Shown here in pieces: positions 1 through 12,700 of a stretch of 64,000 bases of DNA. The notes under the pieces were generated by a model. It had not been told where the DNA came from and searched no databases. It worked only from the letters and a program-made list of their open reading frames with translations. Numbering within the stretch: the stretch's first letter is position 1; each line of letters starts with the position of its first letter. The DNA comes from Haliotis rufescens (lineage: Eukaryota). Both the position numbers and the translations under genes were made by a program. The stretch spans positions 14,136,001-14,200,000 of the forward strand of contig NW_025964383.1 of the NCBI RefSeq assembly GCF_023055435.1, given 5' to 3'.

Positions 1-179
1 TGTGCATCTTTCTCCGCTTCTTCAGTTGGCCCCTTATCTTCACCTAGCAACATGTAGGAAGCCTTCTGTGACTGGACGAACAGTTTATGAATAATGGCAC
101 CTACCGGACCACACGGACCATCTCGGACTGCAAACTCATTATTTCGGAAGCATTACCATTTTAAATTAAGGGTTAAAAT

Positions 180-960
180 CGGTTTTCAAATGTAGTGAAA
201 AACTATCAACATTTCATACATGTACTTTAATGAATACATGGTCTGCCTAACGCCATTTGATAGAAGAACCATATTAAAATTCATTATTCTACCCAAACTT
301 AATCATCTCTCTTTCTTCAATATTTAATCCACCAAAAACTATTATGACTATTTTTCAAAATAAATGCTTTGCATTCGTTTGGTAAAATAAACCTTACAAG
401 GAAAGGGAGAAATCGAGTTTTTTTAGTAAAAAATGGAGGATTCAAAGTATCCAACGTCTAATTCAGACACAAAAGCTTTCGATGATAAGACAATCTTACA
501 TGTAAAAATCAAAGGATAAATGAACAATCAATAAATGATATTGAAACATATACAGTTTGCAATAAAAGAAGAGCAACACAGTGGTTCCAATTCGCGGAAG
601 TAGCACTAAGTAACAGGCCCTATAATTAATGATAGTACACACACGAAGTTTTGTCAGAGTTTTGTCACAGTCTATATTTGGAAACAGCCATGTCTCCATT
701 CTAAAATTCAGAATAGTGTAGGAAACTGTGAGGATTCGGTGCTTTAAAATCCTGGAAACTATGCCAAACCTCTCAAAAATAACTTTACTTTGCAAGAATT
801 CGGAGATGGTCTCAAAGGAGCCCTGTTGGGGCTTTAATCATGGTTGTCAACAGCTTTTGACTTTTGCAATCAAAGATCTGAACACAATGAACCAATCACA
901 ACATTGATGCCCCCCAAACCTGGTACTGAACAATAGCCGCATTACACCCTATGAGACCAG
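180..960 (-). mobile_element. Highly decayed RT (Penelope-like) remnant
   Basis: Weak remnants (PxIGTxCVALL, HLSFDF, KxDFS) with many stops. Confidence 0.4.
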
Positions 961-1049
961 ACCATAGATTTCTCGGGTGTTCTACCAGAATCAACCCTTC
1001 ATGAGCGTCGATATATGTGGTTTGCCGATTGTATTGTGCCGAGAGGGGA

Positions 1050-1850
1050 CATTGCTTTCTCGCCTTCAATTACGGCCGCGAGAAAGCGGTAAGGGGATAC
1101 CACGAGACGAGAAATCCAGAAAGCGGTAACACGAGATGAGAAAGGGAAGACATTTTTTTCCAGTCACATTCAAATTATACCCTTTTCTCTTAAACATAAT
1201 AACTGTACAGACCTAGGGGATTTCAAATCAATCCACGGATTTCTGCGTAAAATGTGTCCCTATTTGAGTTTTATAGAACCACCACGCCGTCAGCGCGTGG
1301 CGGGTCATGGTAAAACCCTCTCAATAAATCAGGTTAGAATTTAAACATATACTGTTCAAAAGAAGGTAAAGAACACCCGATTCTTACATATGCATATCCA
1401 ACAAATGTATCTACAACAGTATGTTGAAAAGCTTTAGGTAAGAGAAAGCCCGGTCACTATGCTATTCGCTTCTTTGAATGTTATCGAATGACATGAAGGG
1501 TCGCCATCCTTTTAACCAGAAATGATATCAAAGGGCGTCTGGAGAGCAGATGGAATAAGTGCACTGAAAAGCAAGAGGGACGATGGCAAAAATAATTAAA
1601 GCGCACGACACAGCAGTTATGATATCCCCCAGTACGTTCACTTCAGGAGTCTGTGCTGGTATTGATTGAGGAGAAGCAGTGCTCAGTCATGCAGGGGTAA
1701 AGAGGCAGTGAGTGGACGTTGTGTTTCAGTATCAGAAACAACCCAGGACAATCTCATTAAGATCAGACCAAGTTTCTCACTTATTTAGCGTCAGCGAGAA
1801 GTAAGATCTGATTTTAATGGATTGCAACCCAGGACATCGGAGTACTCAGA
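1050..1850 (-). mobile_element. Possible decayed LINE endonuclease remnant
   Basis: Scattered ICSP and WG remnants in APE-like order; heavily disrupted. Confidence 0.3.
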
Positions 1851-2086
1851 CGCATATCATAGCCAGGCCTTATTTAGTAAATACTCGACCCTTGATTATC
1901 CGTATCTATGATACTCACAGTCCAAACGCCACTGTATTTTATCGATGGTGTTTCTCGGTAATGATCATATATAACCTTCCATTTACTCAAAAAATTATAT
2001 ATTTTTTTAAATTATGAATGTTGTTGCATAACATTATCGGTGAGCTGGAATTCTTTCTGTATTGATAATGCGGATATTTTACTTAG

Positions 2087-2815
2087 TTGTATTTAAATGG
2101 CTGTTTTCATATCCAAACTCTATCAACCCGAGTCCTCTATACCAGCCCGAGCCCCCTATATCAGCCCGAGCTCCCGATATCATCCCGAACCCCCTATATC
2201 AGCCCGAGCCCCCTATATCAGACTGAGCCCCCTATATCAGCCCGACCCCCCTATATCAACCCGAGCCCCCTATAGCAGCCCGAGCCCCCTATATCAACCC
2301 GAGCCCCCTATATCAACCCGAGCCCCCTATATCAACCCGAGCCCCCTATAGCAGCCCGAGCCCCCTATATTAACCCGAGCCCCCTATATCAGCCCGAGGC
2401 CCCTATATCAGCCCGAGCCCCCTATAGCAGCCCGAGCCCACTATATATCAGCACGAGACCCCTATATAAACCGAGCCCCCTATAGCAGCCCGAGCCCCCT
2501 ATATCAGCCCGAGCCCCCTATAGCAGCCCGAGCCCCCTATATTAACCCGAGCCCCCTATATCAGCCCGAGGCCCCTATATCAACCGAGCCCCCTATATCA
2601 ACCGAGCCCCCTATAGCAGCCCGAGCCCCCTATAGCAGCCCGAGCCCCCTATAGCAGCCCGAGCCCACTATATATCAGCACGAGACCCCTATATAAACCG
2701 AGCCCCCTATATCAACCGAGCCCCCTATATCAGCCCGAGGGCCGAAGGACAGAGAAGTGCTATGGGGATCGAGGGTTGATATGGGAAATGATATGAAAAC
2801 TGCCATATAATAACC
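2087..2815. repeat. 19-bp minisatellite (cccctatatcagcccgagc, ~32 copies, 2120-2740) inside an imperfect palindromic element
   Basis: Direct reading; 2087-2140 is an imperfect inverted repeat of 2760-2815, with cccgagggccgaagg near the apex. Confidence 0.9.
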
Positions 2816-5800
2816 TGTTTGTCATACACCATAACATCACATTGTAAAATGTATCTATTTGCAAGTAAATGCCATACATTTTCACCTTGTTTGAAAGACA
2901 TTGTCACGGGAAAGCTAGCCGAGCATACGAGTAGACGACATACTAAGGGACGTAATTCCAATTTCTTACCACGCTTTATCGCCCATTCAAAACGCATTGA
3001 CAAGCCATGTCAGCTCAACAGGGGTGTAATACAGGGCTGGTTATTACACACCCTGTCATATGGCCGTCTCCGTGCTAGCTGTATCGCACAGGGGAAGTGC
3101 CTCATGTCAATGACAGGTACATGATAACAGTTGGTGTTGACCATTTTGGCCTAACGAATTGGAACACATGAAGATTCACTTGTGCAATCTTTAACCTTCC
3201 AAACGGCATATCCACAAAAGAGATTGTATGGGATCGAATCCGAATGTTGTGAGGGAATTGCGCAAACTGCAACCGTCAGGCCACCCAACTGCTCCTACAA
3301 ACTGTACTGTAGGCTGATAACGCCCACAGACGCCGCTCCAAATTACAGCGTCATATTTCATTATCCATATCATCAACCTGCAGTTACTTCATCCCAGACT
3401 CCTTTTCATTAAATTGAATCTCATAAAATCCCAATTTTGTACAATATCCTGGATGTTATATATATTTATTTTTTTAAGTTGAAGTTCACACGGTATACGG
3501 CTTTTCCATTGGAAGAGAGGCCAGACACATGACATCGAAAGTGATGTTCATAAGCGTACGATCAACTCAATTTGACGTTCACAAGACTGTATTCTTGAAA
3601 TGAGGTAAACACTGACGGACTACTAACAACTTCATGGAGAAACCCCTTGGAATTCTCTTTCACAAAAACATACAAATGCTTTGTTTCTGACGATGCAGAC
3701 GCTTTAATCTTGATCTCGGCGTTTTAGCAAACATTGAGAAACGTAGGAAGGTTTGCCTGCATGATCGTTCACTTATATCCTCCCTTTGGCCCATCCTACT
3801 GGGCAAAACGTAGAAATGCACATCCACTAGTAGTATCGACTCGATCGTGTCCAGACTCATAGTGACAGTTTCCAGTAATCTATATTTTTTCTCAGTATCT
3901 ACTTGACACATCTTTATAATCTACTTTCAGTAATCGGCGAACTGATCAATGATGAATAACACATATAACCGCCACGGATTGATTTACCCATACGGATATC
4001 ACTCACGGAACGTTTGTCGTGTCGGCCATTATGACGTCTTGTACTTGATGTAAATGTATTACGACGAGCTGTCATTGTTACTGACTTATTGAGGTAGCTC
4101 TTAACAGACCTGTCTCACACCAAGGATGATAATATTTGAATTCATTTCTTGTTAACAAACGACCTTCTTGTAAAGGACGTTGAGCATACATACGCTCATG
4201 TCACCTCTCTTTTTGTGGAACTATTTTTTTCAGCGATACAGCAGGTTGTTTTTTGGCTGTCAGTGTAAACATGAAATCATGTTACGCTACATCCCTCGAG
4301 GATCAAAATAGTGAAACAAGAATTTTTAGCAATTGACCTTCAATTCATTGGAGTATGATCCTGCATGGAGTGCACGTTTAAACATACATACTCATATTTA
4401 TATTTGAATATATATTATTTATAAAATCCAGGCTGTGGCATAATTTAATTCCCCTCGTTTTAACACACANNNNNNNNNNNNNNNNNNNNNNNNNNNNNNN
4501 NNNNNNNNNNNNNNNNNNNNNNNNNNNNNNNNNNNNNNNNNNNNNNNNNNNNNNNNNNNNNNNNNNNNNNNNNNNNNNNNNNNNNNNNNNNNNNNNNNNN
4601 NNNNNNNNNNNNNNNNNNNNNNNTTTAAAAATCGTTTTTTTGAGTACATGTATATCAGCAAGATATATTTTACTTCCGTTTCTTAAGGTTCATAGAAAGG
4701 GTGTTTGAAATAAAATTGTAGATAAACGTTGTTTCATATTTTTCATTCAGTTTATGAGAGTGAGATAAATTACCCCCTCTGTGTTATATTAGATTAAAAA
4801 CTATCACCCTCAGGATAAAACCTCGAATGGGGGTTTCAAATCTCATAAAAACCGTCGGACGTATTTTACCCTACACATAACATACGCAATCAACGGTACG
4901 GATGGCCTCTCAGCCACTGCAAGTCAACGTGTAGTGTTTGGTTGGCGTGTCAGGAACTACTGCCACGAAAACGCCCACCACTTCCATTCCCACTACAACA
5001 ACCACTTCCCACCACAACCCACTACTACCCCTACAGCTACCACTACTATTATTATTACTGGGGCACGGGTGTCCCATTCATCTCGCTGTACAGAGTTGCG
5101 CCCCTTGGGCACGCCAGAAACCTTGTGGATTCGATTCCCAGATTCGCTCTGATTATGTTTCTATTTGCGTCAGCACCACACATTCTCGTCGATTTCACCA
5201 AAAGGGAAACGTCTAAGACCTGCGTCACTTCAGACCTTCCTCCCACATTAAACAGCCATGCCGTGACATGACTGAAATGCTGTTCAACTCACATAATCGA
5301 CTAGTACACCTATTAAACCACATGTATTAAAAATCAAATCACAAATTGCCATATCATGTTCACTTTTATTGTAGTACCAGAATATAGAACACAAATATCT
5401 GTCTGCAGACATTGTAGGATAAAAATACAAGTACTCAAAATAGATCTATAGGAAGCTAAAAAATACATGCCTCCCTGACAAGCGTTTTATTAATTTTAGT
5501 TTTTTCAGTTATATGTGATTCGTCTAAGAAGCCCTATCAAATATCAATAAGAATTGCCGTATCTGTTGTCCAACCTTTTTAGAAAAAAAACAAAGCAAAC
5601 ATCCATATATTTGTCATGCACACATCAGGTAGTGTACGGATGATGAATTCCCCTACCTTCCCCTTGCTCAGTACACTAATCATGAATTGTACACATAATT
5701 CCAATATGCCGTGCCAGCAAACATATTGCCATACACGCCTACCCCACGATAGGCATCAATTCGTCTTCGTCATGATATACTAACATCCAGATCTTCCCTT

Positions 5801-6483
5801 TTCTAATTATGTTTAGGATAGGCATGATACCTGCTGAAACTTTGGTTGCAGAACACTGTATGTTTCTGAATACGTTACAAGTACTTGATGATGTAGTCAT
5901 TCAATAGAGGAGGAGATAGGAGCGATAGTTACATTTACTGATTTACAGAGGTCCATTCACATAATTTCCACAGCTATTTTGCCCTTTACGCCAGGTAGAA
6001 TCTCTTTCGGCGGATGATCGAGTCTGGTTGTTCTCTTGTATTTACATTTTATAATAGCTTTCTGTATTTCATTGCGAGTGTTTGACTTTGTAAATAAAAG
6101 AGAATATTTTCGTCAAAATATTAATACACGGCACGATTAAATGAGGGTTATTTTATATAGCAATATATTTATAAGCGGAAAACTGTCTAACATATTTGAG
6201 ACATTGGACCTAATACAAGTAAATTGAAGAGTCAATTAAAGAGTTCATTAAATAATGTTTCGAGGTTGGAGACTGGTGAAACCAGAAACGTAAGACTAAT
6301 GTTGTTTAATCCTCATAAAATTAATGCGCAAATCGTATCTACGTTCGAAATTAACATTGCAAATGGACACAAGCCAGTGATTCAGGAAATGTGAAGCAAT
6401 TGGTGTGGTATGTATTTGAAGTTGCAGCTATGTAAATTATGTACAGAAAAAACGATTATCTGATTAGTTTACTTCTGAAACAT

Positions 6484-6704
6484 TCAGAAGTTACTGCAGA
6501 GTATGACTGGCAAGAACAGTGCCGCAAGAACCAGAGACAGCACTCTCCCATGCGACTCAGCACTACTGCAGACAGTGGGTGTTTCCGTTGTCATGGGAAC
6601 GTAGTTCTCCAGCCAATCGTCGACAATTTCCTCCACGACATTCAGAGGCATCCTCCCGTTCTCAAGAATAACAGCGTGAAAATCCCGGACGTTAAACTGA
6701 TTCC
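6484..6704 (-). CDS. DUF885 gene terminal exon with GPI-signal-like tail
   Basis: [34 protein letters not shown]...[28 protein letters not shown]; ttccag acceptor. Confidence 0.88.
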
Positions 6705-9700
6705 CTGGAAACATATATTTTTGTATTTTAAACATTTGCTGTTCAAATGATTTAAATATTTAACCAATATTGAATGGGTGCAGCTTGAGTAACCCAAGAG
6801 AGACAATTATCTGTGAGATATACACATGCATTGGTAAAGGCTATAGGTGGCACAGCGTAGATGTGATGCCACGGTTCACTTGCAATTGCCACTTCCTGTC
6901 TGATTCCTGGCTTAGTGTGCGCTGCGACAGGTGTGACACGCAGAGAGACACGCTCATGTATTCTACCTTAAACCAACCAAAGTACAGTAGGTCAGCATTT
7001 GTCTTGTTTCATTTTGTGTCAATGAGCCCCATTGTCATGATAATGAATATTGTGTACGTTTGTGATCAAACCTATGAATGAATCAAATGTAGAACTGGAA
7101 AGGTAACAGTTCGGGTATCAACCAAACAAATTCCATGCACAAGTTAATACACAAAAGTTTGTTTTAATATCTGTTCAAGTAGTACCGCGTGTGTAATAAG
7201 AGAATGACTACGAGGAATTTCAGAGGACATGATACGAGTGAAATTAACCTTTACACATAATACACGCTTAATTCAAGAGGGACATATTATCCATAATACC
7301 AAATGTCGATTGGGTCATTTTTGTTATTACCCATATTTACAAAACGTATCGGCTTCCCCAAATGTAAGCCAGACGAGCGCTAGGATATCCTAGTATCCTT
7401 CCGCGTGTAAAACGCCATCTCGTGTGCAGAACACACCTTCTCAATTACGTTCTTATACGAGGTCTATGAGTAAATAGTCCTCTAAATATTTGCAGCAACC
7501 AAACACTTCAGGATGACATATAACACAAATATCACCCTTACTGTCCTTGTTCCAGTGAAAAAACTGGTCGTAATAATGGAAATTACTCAGCTCAAAAAGT
7601 CGTATAAAACTGAATTCAAGATTCTCAACAAACTCCTCCTACCAAGTCTTTGCTCTGCCCGTTTCCTCAGCTCCAGGATCTTCAGTTCGCCTATCTTGTA
7701 GGTGAGGGCCTGCCCTGGCCAGGTGATGTAGCGGTCAATCTCAGTCGCAGCTGTAGCGTAGGTGAAGGCTGTGTAGTTGAGGAAATACTGGATGGCCTGT
7801 TCTCTGTCCCAGCTGTAACACACACTCTTTCTCACAGTGGACAGTGGTAGTATTACAACCGTCCTAATGGTTAAACAAATTTGTTCTCTGTCCCAGCTGT
7901 AAATCACACTCTTTCTCACAGTGGACAGTGGTAGTATTACAACCGTCCTAATGACTTAACACAATCTGATCTCTGTCCCAGCTGTAAGACACACTCTTCC
8001 ACAATGGACAGTTGTAGCATTACAACCGTCCTAATGACTTAACACAATCTGTTCTCTGTCTCAGCTGTAAGACACACTCTTCCACAGTGGACAGTGGTAG
8101 TATTACAACCGTCCTAATGACTTAACACAATCTGTTCTCTGTCCAAGATGTAAATCACACTCTTGCACACTGGATAGCGGTAGTATTACAACCATCCAAA
8201 TGGCTTAAACATATATGTTCTCTGTCCCAGCTGCAACACACAGAGATCATCCTCGGAGTGGCAGGTCACGCGTAACCAATAATCGACAAGACAACTGGAT
8301 TCGAACAACACACCTACAAAATCGATTCCAGCCAGCAACAGTGACTGCAAGAAGCCTCCCTGGCCGTCGACGAATATCTACACAAACCGTATGTCGTCGC
8401 CTCAGATGTGCAGGGATTGTCGCCAGAAGACCCGCCAGACGTCCCATTTTGACAGGAAACCACCGTCAAGCACGTCTACAGTGTTGCAGACAGTGTCTAC
8501 CCTGGACGGCCATGCAGTGGGGAGAAGTTCTATTCACTGGCGAGTCTCGTTTTCACCTCAGCCACAGCGATGGACAGATTCGAGTGTACCGACGTCGAGG
8601 TGAACGTTACGTCAATCATTGTGTCATGGAAGAAGATCGGTTCGGGGGCGGCAGCGTTATGGTATGGGGTGGGATTACAGCAAGACAGAGGACCCGTTTG
8701 ATAGTGGTAGAGGGAAATCTCAATGGACAGCGCTACCGCGACGAGATCATCGATCCTGTTGTTCTACCGTTTTTGCGTCGTCATGGCCGAGGCATTACCT
8801 TTCAACATGACAACGCCCGGCCTCATATTGCTCGACTTGTTCAGGATTCTAAACGTCATCCCCTGGCCTGCTTGCTCCCCTGATCTCTCACCAGCACATG
8901 TGGGATGAGATGGATCGCCGCTTCGAAACATGCTCCAGCAGATATCACAGGACTTTGTGCGACGCCTGGTACATTCCATGAGACGAAGATGTGTTGATTG
9001 CATCGCAACCAGAGGTGGACACACACGCTATTGAATTGTAAATTGACAATTTGGCATGTTCATGTTTTTTATGAAATCACGCATTTTCTGAAGTCAGTAT
9101 GGCAAAGTAAACCATTTGAACACTTTCAGGAGTCTTTTATCTGTTGCAAATCGATATTGTTTCAGATTTGGTAAAAAACATAACTTTGCATTAAATTTTA
9201 TTCAATATCACAGGAACTTTTGTTGTTCAGTATACCTAGGGCTAAAGTTAGTCCTTTTGTCGAAATTCCTTTGTTTTGATTTTGACAATTCCGGGGGAAA
9301 TTCTGAGTGTTATGGCTGCTGATCAAACAGATCAGCAAGGAGGAGAGCACAATCGATGTTCATGGATGTGCCTACTTCTTGTCTATGAACCGCCTCCGTG
9401 GTCTAGTGGTAGAGCGTCCGCCCAGAGAGCGGAAAGTCCGGGGTTCGATCCCCGGCCACGTCATACCAAAAGACGTTAAAAGATGGTACTTGTTGTTACC
9501 CCGCCTGGCGCTCGGCTTTAAGGGGATAAAACAAGGACTGGTCGGCTCGTTGTCAGTATACAGTGTCTGAGTTTGATATTCATGTAAAACTGAGGCATTG
9601 TATCTCAGTGAGCTAGCACTATAACTCGGCATCAGTCCGGANNNNNNNNNNNNNNNNNNNNNNNNNNNNNNNNNNNNNNNNNNNNNNNNNNNNNNNNNNN

Positions 9701-12700
9701 NNNNNNNNNNNNNNNNNNNNNNNNNNNNNNNNNNNNNNNNNNNNNNNNNNNNNNNNNNNNNNNNNNNNNNNNNNNNNNNNNNNNGCAATAATTTCACGGA
9801 ATGTTTTCTCGGTAAATTTGAAATTAGCTTTCATATTTGACCAATTGTCCTAAACTTAGAAGGTGTAACTATATCTATGGTCATCCCATTTAGTATAATA
9901 TGCCCCATGGATATTGCCGTGTAGGATAGTGTACAAAGTTGAAAAATCAAATCAACATATTTAAACTTGGTTCTCCTCTGAAAACGCTCAAGCAAATCAT
10001 TTGATGTTTTTACACTCTACATGGTATTAACTCACTGATCTCAAATACTTTCTGCGATTATAATTTCGTGATTGTATTGATGATTTTGGTTAGTTTTTGA
10101 TACAGGGATTTGGTGGTATATTTGCTGGACCCAGCAATATCTCCCACTACGGATTTTAGTGGAGCTTTGGAATCCAGTAAAATAGAATGGACATGTATTC
10201 AGGTTTTGAAGCAAGATGATCGGTTGGGGCAGTTTTCTTCCTTGGTTAACACACTGGTCTATTTGTGGCATTACTTGTCATGTCACTTTCATCGACAATT
10301 TCTTTTTCTGAACAATACATATGGGGATGTTTACATGTACTTGTGGCCTTGACAGTGTAAACCTGTAGTGTGAGGCAGCTGGTTGAGACAAAACAGGTTT
10401 ATTTCATTTGCGTTTCCTGTTTGGAGGTTAATGACACAATACAGTTTCTTGTTTATGTATTCACAGTAGGGAGATTATTCTTAATTTAGCTTCTCGATGT
10501 ATTTATGTCTGCTGCCAACGGTAAACGGTTTGCCAATATTCTTGTCCATCATTTCAATCCATCTGCAATATGGTTTACAAAAGTGTATACTACGAATACA
10601 AATGGTGCTAATACGGAACGTTGAGGAAGACCTGCTGTAAAATAGGTTTCTTTTGACAGGATATCATTTATATCAACCCTATGTGGGATTACTTACATAA
10701 CGTTCTTCCTTCTTCAGTATCTTTATTTTCGCGTCCTTCTTATCTAGAAGACACACTCTGTCAATGGCATCATAGAACACAATGCAACAAAGTACTTTTG
10801 ATTCCCTATATATTACCCTATTATATACCGCTAGCTTGTAAATGTTGACAAAAGTGTGTCAGTTTATACAGATACCAATACATGTAAATGTATTTATCAT
10901 ATAATGGGTAGGTTTCTCGGCAGGATAAAGCCAACGGATAAAAACGATATCCGTTGGGGTCATATGCGGATAGAGATGCAAATATCAAAGGTCAAGTAGG
11001 GACTACTTTCACTGTTTATAAACAAACATGGCGTCGCCCTTGTCATTCGGCGATCGAGTCAGAATTAACCATCGGGAATCTGGATAAACTACAGGGATAG
11101 TTGCTATCATTATCAAAAGAACAGTCTAATATACTGAAAATCTGTGTCTAACTGTGACGTAGCTAAGGCATTTTATAAGTTTTGTCAACTTTGGAGATAT
11201 AAATTTCGAAACAATTTGGCGAGGGCACGAGGCCTAGCCAAGCGGGATCAGTAGCCATATCTGTGCTTGTAGACCTCTGCGGCTTGAAACCTCCTCCACA
11301 AATTAAAATAGTTGGATTTGGCGGAAATATGTTTGAATTGTTACCTTGTTTCGTTTTGTCGCTGTGTGTACATCTGACTACACTTCTTATTGTAATGACA
11401 GGACAGACCGACTGTCAACAACGTCTGACCGTGGCCGTGACGTCTCATAGACTAGGGTTAGAGTAGCTTCCCTTTGTCAAAGGGCAGTTACTCTAGCGGA
11501 CAGACCGATGGATTGCCGCGAAAGGCAATTAAAAACAATTGTTGTTTTGCGTATATGTTGCTTCGCCACTGTATAAGAAACAGATTTCAGTTTGAACTAT
11601 ATTGGCTACTGTCACTGTCCGACTGACACATCACTTACCCTGTGACGTAATAAATATTAATGCGCGCATTCCAGGAAAACTCGCAATGTTTCGGTAATGT
11701 TTGTGAGAGAGGGAAAGCGATTTTGAAGCACAGAATTAAAGAATGACATTATATGATAAAGAGGTTATCACGCTTGTGTGTTTGGGGATGGTAAATATCC
11801 TGTATTAGGAATAAACACTATGTATTTAGCTCGCCAAGGCTCGCTAAATACAATGTTTATTCCTAATGCAGGATATTTACCATCCCCAAACACACTCGCG
11901 TGATAACCTCTTTGTACCAGTGTATAGATATACTAATACCTGTAATTGTTGACAGAATTACTTGCGCCAGCTCATGAAAATATCATTACTAATGTTGGCA
12001 AAATTAGAAGTATAATTACTTGTAAATGTTGACAGAGGTGTGCCAGCTTTTGAATAATTTTTACGTATGCATTTTGGCAGATGTGTGTCAGCTCATTGAG
12101 ATGCCATTTATTGTAAAAGTTGGCAGTGGTTTTAGCAGTTGATAGACCATTACCTGTAAATGATGACCGGGGCTTGCTTCATGCAATGTTAGTGCCATCA
12201 AGCCGAATTTTGGTCTGAAAATTCATACAAAAATAACACGAGATCCTGACGACAAAACTGCAATATAACATGATTGAGAGAGGAGTTGAGAGAGATCAAG
12301 AAAAACGTACAACTTACAACCAAATATGTAGAAGAAAAAAGAAGAAACTACAATGTCTACAAAATCAGACTAACCATGTATTCATTAAGTCGTGAATTTA
12401 ACATGTTGCTATTTCAGTTATATTATACCATAATAATGAGTGTTGTACAGATCACACCCTGACTGCAATGATGTATAAACAGGTCATATCTTACATATCT
12501 CCAGGTCTCAGAACGTTTGCCGTAAAAGTTCCTGGTGTACGGCCGTCAGCAGTCCCCGTAGAATACGAGCCTTGTGGCCCATCATTCGCCCTCGCCACCA
12601 CGCTGAAATGTATCAAATTGATTGAAGATATATATCATTTTTGAATATTAAACGACCTTTTCCGACTTCTGAACTCTTCTCTACTTGTTATACGCAGCAG

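Noticed and set aside
1-130. Open minus-strand frame after a cag (RDGPCGPVGAIIHKLF...)
   Set aside because: No recognisable homology, and it runs off the window edge
2087-2351. Pro/Tyr-rich ORFs
   Set aside because: Translation of a 19-bp, non-triplet minisatellite
3470-3920. Possible LINE RT 3' remnant
   Set aside because: Motif traces are too weak to support a call
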